Assembly (NCBI RefSeq): GCF_000428945.1
Contig: NZ_AUAX01000035.1
Coordinates: forward strand, 15,368-79,367
DNA length: 64,000 nt
Source: Hamadaea tsunoensis DSM 44101
GTDB taxonomy: Bacteria > Actinomycetota > Actinomycetes > Mycobacteriales > Micromonosporaceae
Reading direction: 5' to 3'
This document shows positions 51,038 to 59,909 of the stretch, one piece after another (within the stretch, counting starts at the first letter, position 1; each line of letters begins with the position of its first letter). The notes below the pieces were generated by a model that was not told the DNA's origin, made no database searches, and saw only the letters and a list, made by a program, of their open reading frames with translations. The position numbers were made by a program, and so were the translations under genes.

Positions 51038-52225
51038 CTAGCGCTTCGCGATGACGAAAGCGTCGGGCATGCGGAAACTGAGGTTGTCCGGGCACCACGG
51101 CTCGTGCAGCACGGTCACGTTCCGCAGCAGGGCCGCGGCCTCCGCGACCACCACGGCGGATTCCATGCGGGACAACTGCGCGCCGACGCAGCGGTGGGCG
51201 CCCGCGCCGAACGCGAGGTGCCGCCGGGAGCCCCGCTGGCCGGGCTCGAAGGCGTGGGGATGGTCGGTGACCGCCGGATCGCGGCCGGCCTCGGACAGCC
51301 AGAGCACGATCGAGGTGCCGCGGGCGACGGGGACGTCCCCGATCGTCGTGTCGGCGGCGGCCACCCGGCGCCAGGTCGTGATCGGCGGGACCAGCCGCAG
51401 GCCCTCCTCAACCACGTCGTCTACATCAATCGAACCCCGCGCCAGTCCGGCCAGGATCGCGGGTTCGCGGGTCAGCCGGTGCAGCAGCAGCGTCAGGAAC
51501 TGCGACGTGGTCTCCTGCCCGGCGACCAGCAGGAAGAACAGTGCGCCGACGACGAGGTCCGGGTCGCCGAGCTCGCGCAGCTCCGCGATCATCCCGCCGG
51601 CCGTGGCCGCGTGCTTGCGCAGCACCTCGTGGTACGCGCCGACCACCCCGGCCAGGTCCAGCTGCCGCTCCCGGGAGACGGGCGCCCAGAACAGCTCCAG
51701 GGCCGCCCGGGAGAACTCCTTGACGACGGCCATGTCGGTGTCGGGCAGGTCGACCAGCCGGGCCAGCACGAGCAGGGGGAGGTCGGCGGTCAGATCGGCG
51801 TAGAGGTCGACCGGTTCCCCGGCCCGCAGGCGGGCGGCGAGTACGCCGATCCGGCGCCGGACCACGCCGGTGAGCCAATCCCGCTGCGCCGCGACGCGTA
51901 CGGGATGAAGTGCCTGGGCGGTGATCCGCCGGATCCCGGGATGCGACGGCGTGCCGTTGTTGGCGAGGGTCGGCGGGAGCCGGAAGCCGTGCCGGGCCAG
52001 GACGCGCAGCGCGGCGACCGGGATCGGCGTGACCGCGTCGAGGGCGTTGTCCGGTGCGAAGGTGACCGGGTCGGCGAGGACTGCCTTGACCAGGGCGTGC
52101 TCCGCGACCACCACGTGGGTGTGCCCGGTGTGGTCGACCTGGGCCGAGACGCCGGTCCCGGACTCCTCCCACGGACGAAACAGCACGTCGCCGAGCGTAT
52201 CCGGGCGACGCGTTGACAGCCGCAC
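51038..52225 (-). CDS. Cytochrome P450 monooxygenase
   Basis: Heme loop FGAGAHRCVG; I-helix AGQETT; ExxR; 395 aa. Confidence 0.85.
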   Translation of the reverse strand: MRLSTRRPDTLGDVLFRPWEESGTGVSAQVDHTGHTHVVVAEHALVKAVLADPVTFAPDNALDAVTPIPVAALRVLARHGFRLPPTLANNGTPSHPGIRRITAQALHPVRVAAQRDWLTGVVRRRIGVLAARLRAGEPVDLYADLTADLPLLVLARLVDLPDTDMAVVKEFSRAALELFWAPVSRERQLDLAGVVGAYHEVLRKHAATAGGMIAELRELGDPDLVVGALFFLLVAGQETTSQFLTLLLHRLTREPAILAGLARGSIDVDDVVEEGLRLVPPITTWRRVAAADTTIGDVPVARGTSIVLWLSEAGRDPAVTDHPHAFEPGQRGSRRHLAFGAGAHRCVGAQLSRMESAVVVAEAAALLRNVTVLHEPWCPDNLSFRMPDAFVIAKR

Positions 52226-52270
52226 CGACCACCGGGTGTACTGACTCGCCGATCAGGAAAGGGGTGCCGG

Positions 52271-53422
52271 ATGAGCCTGCCCACCGAGCTGGTTCCACTG
52301 ACCGACACCCAGCGTGACCTGCTGGATCTGTGCAGTGACTTCGGTACGCGCGAGATCCGTCCCCGCGCGAGGGCCGTCGACGAGGCGGACACCGAGACGC
52401 CGTGGGATCTCTGGCGGGCGGCGGCCGTGGCCGGGATCACGGACTTCATGCTCCCGGCGGAGCTGGGCGGGGGCGGTTGCACCGACGTGTTCACCCAGTG
52501 CCTCGTGCAGGAGGAACTGGGCTTCGCCGACGCCGCCATCGGCAACCTGCTCACCGCCAACGGCTTCTTCGCCGACCCCGTCCTCGAACTCGGTACGCCG
52601 GACCAGCGGGAGCGCTGGCTGCGCCCGTTGACGGGGGCGGACCCGCCGATGACCGCGCTGGCCGTGACCGAGCCCGGCACCGGCTCGGACGCCGCCGCGA
52701 TCACGACGCGGGCGGACCGCGTACCGGGCGGGTATCGGCTCACCGGGCAGAAGGCGTGGATCTCCAACGGCGGCGTGGCCGAGTTCTACGTGATCTTCGC
52801 GACGGTCGCGCCCGGCACCCGGTCGAAGGGCGTCACGGCCTTCCTGGCCCGCAAGGACGCGCTGGAGTTCGGGGCGCCGATGCGCAAGATGGGCCAGCGG
52901 GCGATCGTCAACACCGAGATCTTCCTCGACGGCGTCTACGTCCCCGACGAGGACCGGCTCGGCGCCGAGGGCCAGGGCTTCGCCGGGCTGATGCGGACGT
53001 TCGACATCTCCCGCACGGTCCTCGCGGCCTCGGCCACCGGGCTCGCCCGCGCCTGCCTCGACCTCGCCACGGGCTACGCCCGCGAGCGCGCCGCGTTCGG
53101 CAAGCCGATCATCGAGCACCAGGCCGTCGCCTTCCGGCTCGCCGACATGGCCACCCGGATCGAGGCCGCCCGGCTGCTGGTCTGGCGGGCCGCCCGGCGC
53201 CTCGACGCGGGCCTGCCGAGCACCACCGAGGCGGCCATGGCCAAGCTCACCGCCAGCGAGACCGCGATGTTCTGCTCGTGGGCGGCCGTGCAGACGCTCG
53301 GCGGCTGGGGCTACTCCCGCGAGTTCCTCGCCGAGAAGTGGATGCGCGACGCGAAGCTGGAGGAGATCGAGGAGGGCACCTCCGACATCCAGCGCCTCGT
53401 GATCGCCCGCGGCCTGCGATGA
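52271..53422 (+). CDS. Acyl-CoA dehydrogenase
   Basis: ACAD N-terminal, middle and C-terminal domains; catalytic Glu in the C-terminal EEIEEGTSDIQRLVIAR; 45-bp divergent gap from the P450 gene. Confidence 0.85.
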   Translation: MSLPTELVPLTDTQRDLLDLCSDFGTREIRPRARAVDEADTETPWDLWRAAAVAGITDFMLPAELGGGGCTDVFTQCLVQEELGFADAAIGNLLTANGFFADPVLELGTPDQRERWLRPLTGADPPMTALAVTEPGTGSDAAAITTRADRVPGGYRLTGQKAWISNGGVAEFYVIFATVAPGTRSKGVTAFLARKDALEFGAPMRKMGQRAIVNTEIFLDGVYVPDEDRLGAEGQGFAGLMRTFDISRTVLAASATGLARACLDLATGYARERAAFGKPIIEHQAVAFRLADMATRIEAARLLVWRAARRLDAGLPSTTEAAMAKLTASETAMFCSWAAVQTLGGWGYSREFLAEKWMRDAKLEEIEEGTSDIQRLVIARGLR

Positions 53423-55287
53423 GGTCGCTCTTCGCGCCCGCGTCGATCGCCGTCTTCGGCGCTTCCTCCCGCGTGGGAAGCTGGGGTCGCCAGCTCGCCC
53501 AGGGCGCCCTGGGATCCGGCCGTCCGGTTCAGCTCGTCGGCCGCTCACTGTCGCTGTCGGACGCCGTCGAACTCGCGGTGATCGCGGTGCCGGCACCCTC
53601 CTTCGAGGCCGCCGTCGACTGCGCCCTGGCCGCCGGTGCGAAGGCTCTCATCGGCATCACCGCCGGCGCCGTCGTGTCTCCTTCTCTCCTTGCCCGGGTA
53701 CGCGAGGCGGGGGCGGTCCTGCTCGGTCCCAACTGTCTCGGTGTCTTCGATTCCGTCGAGCGGCTGAGTCTGGTGTGGGGATCGCTGCCAGCCGGGGACA
53801 TCGCATTGTTCTCCCAGAGCGGCAATCTCGCCTTGGAGATCGGCGCGTTGGCCGGTCGCGGCGGGCTGGGCTTCCGCCGGTTCGCCTCGCTGGGGGACTG
53901 CGTCGATCTGCGGGCGGCCGACCTGCTGGGGCACCACGGCGACGCGCGCGTGGTCGCCCTCTATCTTGAGGACTTCTCCGACGGCCGGGCGCTCATGGCG
54001 GGCTGCGCGTCGCTAGTGGACAGCGGGATTCCCGTGGTGCTGCTGGCGGGCGGGCGTTCGCGGGCCGGGGCGGCGGCCGCCGGGTCGCACACCGGCGCGC
54101 TGTCGTCGGACCACGCCGTGCTCGCGTCGGTGTGCCGCGACGCCGGGGTCCGCCTCGTGCGTACGCCGACCGAGCTGGTCGAGGCCTGCCGGGCCCGGTC
54201 GCTGCCCGGCCCGGTACGCCGGCTCGGGATCGTCGCGGACGGCGGCGGCCACGGGATCGTGGCGGCGGACCTCGCCGAGGAAGCCGGCCTGGAGGTCCCC
54301 GTGCCGCCGGTGGACCTGGCCGGGTCCGGCGAGAAGGACCTGCACAACTACGCCCGGGCGGTGTCGGACCTGGCCGCCTCCGGTGCCGTGGACGGCGTCC
54401 TGCTGACCGGATACTTCGGCGGGTACGCGACCGACGAGCCCACCCTCGCCGCGACCGAGGCCGCCGTGGCCGACGAGCTGGCGGCGGTACGCGTACCGCT
54501 GTTCGTGCACAGCTTCGCCGGCCGTTCCGCCACCGTGGAGCGTCTCGAACGGGCGGGCGTACCGGTGTGGCCGGCCGCCGAGCACGCCCTGGCCGCCGTC
54601 TCCTGCGCCGGTACGCGTTCCCGGCGCGTACCCGGGCCGTTGCCGCGTCCGTCCGCTGTGGACGATCTGCCGCCGGGTGACGCGTACCTGTCGGGCCGGG
54701 CGCTGCTGCCCGACGTCGAGTTCCCGCGCGCCGCGGAGGTACGCGACGTCACCGGGGCGCTGGCCGCGGCCGGGCGGATCGGCTATCCCGTGGTCCTCAA
54801 GGCGCTGGGCCGGGCGCACAAGTCCGACGACGGCGGCGTGGCGCTCGACGTCCGGTCGTCGGCCGCGCTCATCGCCGCCTTCGCGAACCTCCCGGCGGCC
54901 CCCTCGTACGCCGTCGAGCAGCAGATCGACCGGTCCACCGGGATCGAGATGATCGTCGGCGGCCGCCGCGACCCGTCGTTCGGCCCCGTCGTGCTGGCCG
55001 GCCCCGGCGGCGTACGCGCGGAGCTGACCGGCGGCGCGGCCGTCGCGTGGGCGCCCGTCGATGAACCGGCGGCGCTGGCACTGGTCAGGGCATCGGGTGT
55101 TGGGCCACTCTTGGACGGATATCGCGGTCTGCCGGCCCTCGCCGCGGAAGGGCTGGCGGCGCTGATCGTCGCGGTCGGCCGGGCGTTCGTCGACCGGCCG
55201 CGGCTGGGCGTACTGGAGCTCAATCCGGTTCTGGTGACCGAGCGGGGGGTTACCGCGCTCGATTGCCACTGGGAGAATTTCTCATGA
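53419..55287 (+). CDS. ADP-forming (NDP-forming) acyl-CoA synthetase, fused CoA-binding/ligase-CoA and ATP-grasp domains
   Basis: CoA-binding Rossmann IAVFGAS; phosphohistidine-loop region GAAAAGSHTGALSS; C-terminal ATP-grasp (GYPVVLKA); ATGA overlap with the dehydrogenase. Confidence 0.7.
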   Translation: MRSLFAPASIAVFGASSRVGSWGRQLAQGALGSGRPVQLVGRSLSLSDAVELAVIAVPAPSFEAAVDCALAAGAKALIGITAGAVVSPSLLARVREAGAVLLGPNCLGVFDSVERLSLVWGSLPAGDIALFSQSGNLALEIGALAGRGGLGFRRFASLGDCVDLRAADLLGHHGDARVVALYLEDFSDGRALMAGCASLVDSGIPVVLLAGGRSRAGAAAAGSHTGALSSDHAVLASVCRDAGVRLVRTPTELVEACRARSLPGPVRRLGIVADGGGHGIVAADLAEEAGLEVPVPPVDLAGSGEKDLHNYARAVSDLAASGAVDGVLLTGYFGGYATDEPTLAATEAAVADELAAVRVPLFVHSFAGRSATVERLERAGVPVWPAAEHALAAVSCAGTRSRRVPGPLPRPSAVDDLPPGDAYLSGRALLPDVEFPRAAEVRDVTGALAAAGRIGYPVVLKALGRAHKSDDGGVALDVRSSAALIAAFANLPAAPSYAVEQQIDRSTGIEMIVGGRRDPSFGPVVLAGPGGVRAELTGGAAVAWAPVDEPAALALVRASGVGPLLDGYRGLPALAAEGLAALIVAVGRAFVDRPRLGVLELNPVLVTERGVTALDCHWENFS

Positions 55288-56873
55288 TCAGAACCATGAC
55301 GGGGGGCGCGACGCTGGTGGCGAGCCTCGCGGCGCACAAGGTCGACACCGTGTTCGGCATCCCCGGGACCCACAACCTGGAGATCTACCGGCACCTGGCG
55401 TCGTCCAAGATCCGCCATGTCACGCCCCGGCACGAGCAGGGCGCCGGGTACGCCGCCGACGGCTACGCGCGTACGTCGGGCCGGCCCGGGGTCGCCGTCG
55501 TCACCAGCGGGCCGGGGCTGCTCAACATCGCGACCGCGGTGGCGCAGGCGTACTCGGACTCGGTGCCCGTGCTCGTCGTGTCGCCCGGAGCGCCGCTGCG
55601 CCATCCCCATCGCGGCAACGGGGCGCTGCACGAGATGATCGACGCCCAGCGCGCGCTGTCCGGGGTCGTCCGCGACGCGTACCGGGTGACGAGCCACGCC
55701 GAGCTGACCGTCACGATCGCCCAGATCTTCGCCGGCTTCCTGGCCGAGCGGCCGCGCCCGGTCCACGTCGAGATCCCGCTCGACCTGCTCGACGAGCCGG
55801 CCGAGGTGACGATCGCGGGACCGCTGCGCGTACGCCGCCGCTCGGCCGAGGACTGGCAGATCCTGCAGGCGGCGGCCGCCCTGAACCAGGCCAAGCGGCC
55901 CGGCCTGCTGATCGGCGGCGGTGCCCGGGGCGCGGCCGCCCAGGTGCTCGCGGTCGCCGAGCGGTTGCAGGCCGGCGTGCTCACCACGGCCAACGGCAAG
56001 GGCGTCATCTCCGAGACGCACCCGCTGAGCGTCGGGGCCGCCGTCCACCTGCCGGCCGCGATGGACTGGCTGGCCGAGCGGGACTGCGTTCTCGCCGTGG
56101 GCACCGAGATCGCGCCGAGCGACTTCTGGGCCGGACCGCCGCAGCTGCGCGGCGAGCTGATCCGCATCGACCTCGACCCGGCGCAGCTGCTCGTCAACGC
56201 CCGCCCCACGCTGCCGATCTGCGCCGACGCCGCCTCCACACTGGACGATCTGCTGCCGGTGCTCAAGGAGGCGGCCGCCGCGGGGAAACCGAGCGCCGGG
56301 GCAGGCGTACCCCTGGAGGTGAAGGCGGAGGCCAGGGCCGAGGGCGAGCGGTGGACGGGCTGGCTCGACGCGCTGGCCGGGGCCTTGCCCAAGCGCGCGC
56401 TGGTGCTCGCGGACAATGCGATGGCCTGCTACTACGGGGCGCTCGGCAACCTGCCGGTGCACGAGCCCGGCGCCTTCGGCTTCCCCACGGGCTTCGGCAC
56501 CCTCGGGTACGCGCTGCCGGCGGCGATCGGCGCGAAGACGGCCCGGCCGCGGCGGCCGGTCGTGGCGCTGTGCGGCGACGGCGGCTTCATGTTCACCTGC
56601 CAGGAGCTCGCGACGGCGGCGGCCGAAGGGCTCTCGCTGCCGGTGGTGGTCTTCACCAACGGCGGCTACGGGCAGATCCGCGCGGAGATGAAGGCGGCCG
56701 GCTTCGAGCCGATCGGCGTCGACCTGCCGGTGCCGGACCTGATCGGCCTGGCGACCGCCCTGGGCGGGGCCGCGTACGCCGTCAGCGATCCGGCCGACCT
56801 GACCCGCCTGGTGAAGGCGAGCCTGGAGCATCCGGGGCCGACCGTGCTGGTGATCGAGGAGAGCAGTCCGTGA
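55284..56873 (+). CDS. Thiamine-diphosphate-dependent enzyme (acetolactate synthase / 2-ketoacid decarboxylase superfamily)
   Basis: PYR domain GIPG...HEQGAGYAADGYAR; PP domain GDGGFMF...N (GDG-X24-N ThDP motif); ATGA overlap with the upstream gene. Confidence 0.8.
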   Translation: MIRTMTGGATLVASLAAHKVDTVFGIPGTHNLEIYRHLASSKIRHVTPRHEQGAGYAADGYARTSGRPGVAVVTSGPGLLNIATAVAQAYSDSVPVLVVSPGAPLRHPHRGNGALHEMIDAQRALSGVVRDAYRVTSHAELTVTIAQIFAGFLAERPRPVHVEIPLDLLDEPAEVTIAGPLRVRRRSAEDWQILQAAAALNQAKRPGLLIGGGARGAAAQVLAVAERLQAGVLTTANGKGVISETHPLSVGAAVHLPAAMDWLAERDCVLAVGTEIAPSDFWAGPPQLRGELIRIDLDPAQLLVNARPTLPICADAASTLDDLLPVLKEAAAAGKPSAGAGVPLEVKAEARAEGERWTGWLDALAGALPKRALVLADNAMACYYGALGNLPVHEPGAFGFPTGFGTLGYALPAAIGAKTARPRRPVVALCGDGGFMFTCQELATAAAEGLSLPVVVFTNGGYGQIRAEMKAAGFEPIGVDLPVPDLIGLATALGGAAYAVSDPADLTRLVKASLEHPGPTVLVIEESSP

Positions 56874-57994
56874 GCTACCTGGAAGTCGTCTGGACCGACG
56901 AGGTGACTGGGCGCAAGGGCTTCCTCGTCATCGACCGGCTCCGGCAGGGGGCGTCCAGCGGCGGTCTGCGCATGCGGGACGGCTGCACCCTCGACGAGGT
57001 ACGCGATCTCGCCCGCGGCATGACGCTCAAGGAGGCGGTGGTACGCGTACCCGGCGACCGCTATCAGCCCTTCGGCGGCGGCAAGGGCGGCATCGACTGC
57101 TCGCCGCACGATCCCGAGGCGCGGGGCGTGCTGCACCGGTACCTGATCGCGATGCGGCCGCTGCTGGAGACGGTCTGGTCCACCGGCGAGGACCTCGGCG
57201 TACGCCAGGACGTCCTGGACGAGCTGGCCGGCGAGATCGGGCTGCGGTCCACGATCGACGCGGCCCTGCGCCTGCTGCCCGATCCCGAGGAGGGGCTGGG
57301 CCGGGTCAAGGCGGGGTTCGCGGTCGACGTGGACGGGATCAGCCTGGCCGATCTCGTCGGCGGTTACGGCGTGGCCGTGTGCGCGCTCGCCGCTCTGCGC
57401 GGCCGTGCTGGGGTGCGGGCCGTGATCCAGGGGTTCGGGTCGATGGGCGGGGCGACAGCGCGCTATCTCGCCCGGTCCGGCGTCGCCGTCGTCGGGATCG
57501 CGGACGATCTCGGTCTGGTCGTGAACCCGGCCGGCCTCGACGTCGAGCGGCTGCTGGCCGCGCGGGACTCCTTCGGCCGGATCGACCGCTCGTCACTGCG
57601 GGCGTCCGACACGGTCTCGGACGGCCACTGGCTGGACGTCGACTGCGAACTCCTCGTCCCGGCGGCCATCTCCTATGCGATCACCGAACCGGACGCCGGC
57701 CGCGTACGGGCACGGCTGGTGGTGGAGGCGGCCAACTGCGCCACGACGCCCGAGGCCGAGGCGGCGCTGGCCGCGCGTGGTGTGACTGTTTTGCCGGATT
57801 TCGTGGCCAATGTCGCAACCAACGCCTGGTGGTGGTGGACCTTGTTCGGCGACATCGAGCCGACCGAGGCGGCCGCGTTCGCCAAGATCGCGGCTGTGCT
57901 GGGCGGTCTGACCGACGCCGTCCTGCAGCGCTCGGCCGCCGCCGGGGGCACGCCCCGGGCCGCCGCGCTGGAGATCGCTTCCGCCCTCGGCTGA
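56870..57994 (+). CDS. Glu/Leu/Phe/Val-family amino acid dehydrogenase
   Basis: Catalytic Lys-Gly box FGGGKGG; Rossmann GFGSMGG; GTGA overlap with the upstream gene. Confidence 0.8.
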   Translation: MSYLEVVWTDEVTGRKGFLVIDRLRQGASSGGLRMRDGCTLDEVRDLARGMTLKEAVVRVPGDRYQPFGGGKGGIDCSPHDPEARGVLHRYLIAMRPLLETVWSTGEDLGVRQDVLDELAGEIGLRSTIDAALRLLPDPEEGLGRVKAGFAVDVDGISLADLVGGYGVAVCALAALRGRAGVRAVIQGFGSMGGATARYLARSGVAVVGIADDLGLVVNPAGLDVERLLAARDSFGRIDRSSLRASDTVSDGHWLDVDCELLVPAAISYAITEPDAGRVRARLVVEAANCATTPEAEAALAARGVTVLPDFVANVATNAWWWWTLFGDIEPTEAAAFAKIAAVLGGLTDAVLQRSAAAGGTPRAAALEIASALG

Positions 57995-58010
57995 ACTCCC
58001 CGCCCCTCAC

Positions 58011-58102
58011 CCCCTCCAAGATCCCGCTTGGATCAGGGAAATCACCCGAATCTTGGCCCATGATTACGTGCGCAAACCTGATCCAAGCGCGATCTTGGGA
58101 GG
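58011..58102. repeat. Palindromic intergenic repeat, copy 4
   Basis: CCAAGATCCCGCTTGGATCAGGGAAATCACCCGAATCTTGGCCCATGATTACGTGCGCAAACCTGATCCAAGCGCGATCTTGG. Confidence 0.6.
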
Positions 58103-58221
58103 AGCGTGCGCGAGCGCTGGGACGAGTCTGGGAGAAGGCGGGCCGCGCGAGGCAGAATTGCGGGGAATGGATCACCTGGCGTACATGTTGTGTGCCGTAT
58201 AGCGATTGTCCGTGAAAGGCT

Positions 58222-59157
58222 GTGACCGTGCGAGACCCGCAGGAACTGTTCGAGCTGACGCCCACGGCGAAGGACTTCGACTTCGGCCGGCCCGTGCTGC
58301 TGCACGCCCTCAGCGGTTTCATCGACGCCGGCGGCGCCGGCCGGCTGGCGCGCGAGCACCTGCTGGAGGTCCTCGAACCCGCGCTGCCCGGCGAGTCGGC
58401 GGTCGCCACCTTCGACGTCGACCAGCTCCTCGACTACCGCGCGCGGCGGCCGCTCATGGACTTCGCGGCCGACCACTGGGAGTCCTACGACGACCCCAAG
58501 CTCCAGCTGCACGCGCTGCGCGATCACGACGGCACGCCGTTCCTCCTGCTCACCGGCCCCGAGCCGGACATGCAGTGGGAACGCTTCATCGCCGCGCTGG
58601 TCTCCCTGATCAAGACTCTCGGCGTACGCGCGACGGTCGGCATCCACGCCATCCCGATGTCGGTGCCGCACACGCGGCCCGCCGGGGTGACCGCGCACGG
58701 GACGCGCCCCGAGCTGATCGCCGGCCACGAGCCCTGGATCGACCACGTACGCGTACCGGCGAGCGTGACGAACCTGCTCGAATTCCGGCTCGGCCAGCAG
58801 AACCTCGACGCGCTCGGCTATGCCGCCCACGTGCCGCACTACCTGGCCGAGGGCGAGTACCCGCCGGCCGCCGAACTGCTGCTGAACTCGGTGTCTCGGG
58901 CGACCGGGCTGCTGCTGCCGACCGACCAGCTGCGCGAGGCGTCCGAACGCGTACGCGCGGAGATCGAGCGCCAGCTCGTCGACAACCAGCAGGCCGCGGC
59001 GGTGGTGAAGGCGCTGGAGGAGCAGTACGACGCGTTCACCCGGGGCCGGTCGGCCAACCTGCTGACCGAGTCGACGCCGCTGCCGTCGGCCGATGAGCTG
59101 GGTGCCGAGCTGGAACGCTTCCTCGCCGAGCACTCGAAGCGCGACCAGGGCGAATAA
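58222..59157 (+). CDS. PAC2 (proteasome assembly chaperone 2)-family protein
   Basis: Length and the HAL.GFIDAGGAG N-terminal motif are typical of actinobacterial PAC2-family proteins; GTG start. Confidence 0.65.
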   Translation: MTVRDPQELFELTPTAKDFDFGRPVLLHALSGFIDAGGAGRLAREHLLEVLEPALPGESAVATFDVDQLLDYRARRPLMDFAADHWESYDDPKLQLHALRDHDGTPFLLLTGPEPDMQWERFIAALVSLIKTLGVRATVGIHAIPMSVPHTRPAGVTAHGTRPELIAGHEPWIDHVRVPASVTNLLEFRLGQQNLDALGYAAHVPHYLAEGEYPPAAELLLNSVSRATGLLLPTDQLREASERVRAEIERQLVDNQQAAAVVKALEEQYDAFTRGRSANLLTESTPLPSADELGAELERFLAEHSKRDQGE

Positions 59158-59275
59158 ACACCTATCGTTCACCTGATTGCGATCGAAAACACTTTCATTC
59201 GTCCGTAGCCGGGCGTATCGTTCTCCTCCCGCCTCTGAACAGGACTTCTGTCCCAGAAGCAGGAAAGGAGGACCC

Positions 59276-59908
59276 ATGAGCCGGCTTCATCTGTTCGACA
59301 TGGACGGCACCCTGATCCGCGGCTCCTCCGCCAACATCGAGATCGCCAAGGTTCTCGGCAAGGTGGAGGAGTTCCGGTCCCTCGACCGCGAATTCGCCGC
59401 CGGGACGATCGACTCCCGCGAGTACGCGAACCGCGCGTACGAGATGTGGTCGACCCTCACCGACGAGGTCGTGGCGATGGCGTTCGCCGGCGCCCCCTGG
59501 CTCGCCGGCATCCGCGACGTCTGGCAGGAGATCACCGATCGCGGCGAGCACTGCGCCGTCATCTCGCTGTCGCCGAGTTTCTTCGTGAGCCGCCTGCGCG
59601 TCTGGGGCGTCCACGAGACCCACGCGGCGCGCTTCCCCGAGGTGCCCTTCCCCGTCGGCACCACCATCGACACCTGCGGCGTACTCACCCCGGCCGCCAA
59701 GGTCACCATCGCCGACGAGCTGTGCGCCCGGTACGGCGTCGACCGGTCCGACTGCGTCGCGTACGGGGATTCGATGTCGGACGCGGTGCTGTTCACCGCG
59801 GTCGGCACGTCCGTCGCCGTCAACGGGGACCATCACGTCAGCGGGATCGCCACCCACCGGTACGCCGGCGGAGATCTCCGCGAGGCGTACCGGCTGGTGG
59901 CGGGCTGA
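59276..59908 (+). CDS. HAD-superfamily hydrolase (subfamily IB, phosphoserine-phosphatase-like)
   Basis: Motif I LFDMDGTL; motif IV GDSMSD; SD AGGAAAGGAGG. Confidence 0.7.
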   Translation: MSRLHLFDMDGTLIRGSSANIEIAKVLGKVEEFRSLDREFAAGTIDSREYANRAYEMWSTLTDEVVAMAFAGAPWLAGIRDVWQEITDRGEHCAVISLSPSFFVSRLRVWGVHETHAARFPEVPFPVGTTIDTCGVLTPAAKVTIADELCARYGVDRSDCVAYGDSMSDAVLFTAVGTSVAVNGDHHVSGIATHRYAGGDLREAYRLVAG

Positions 59909-59909
59909 T

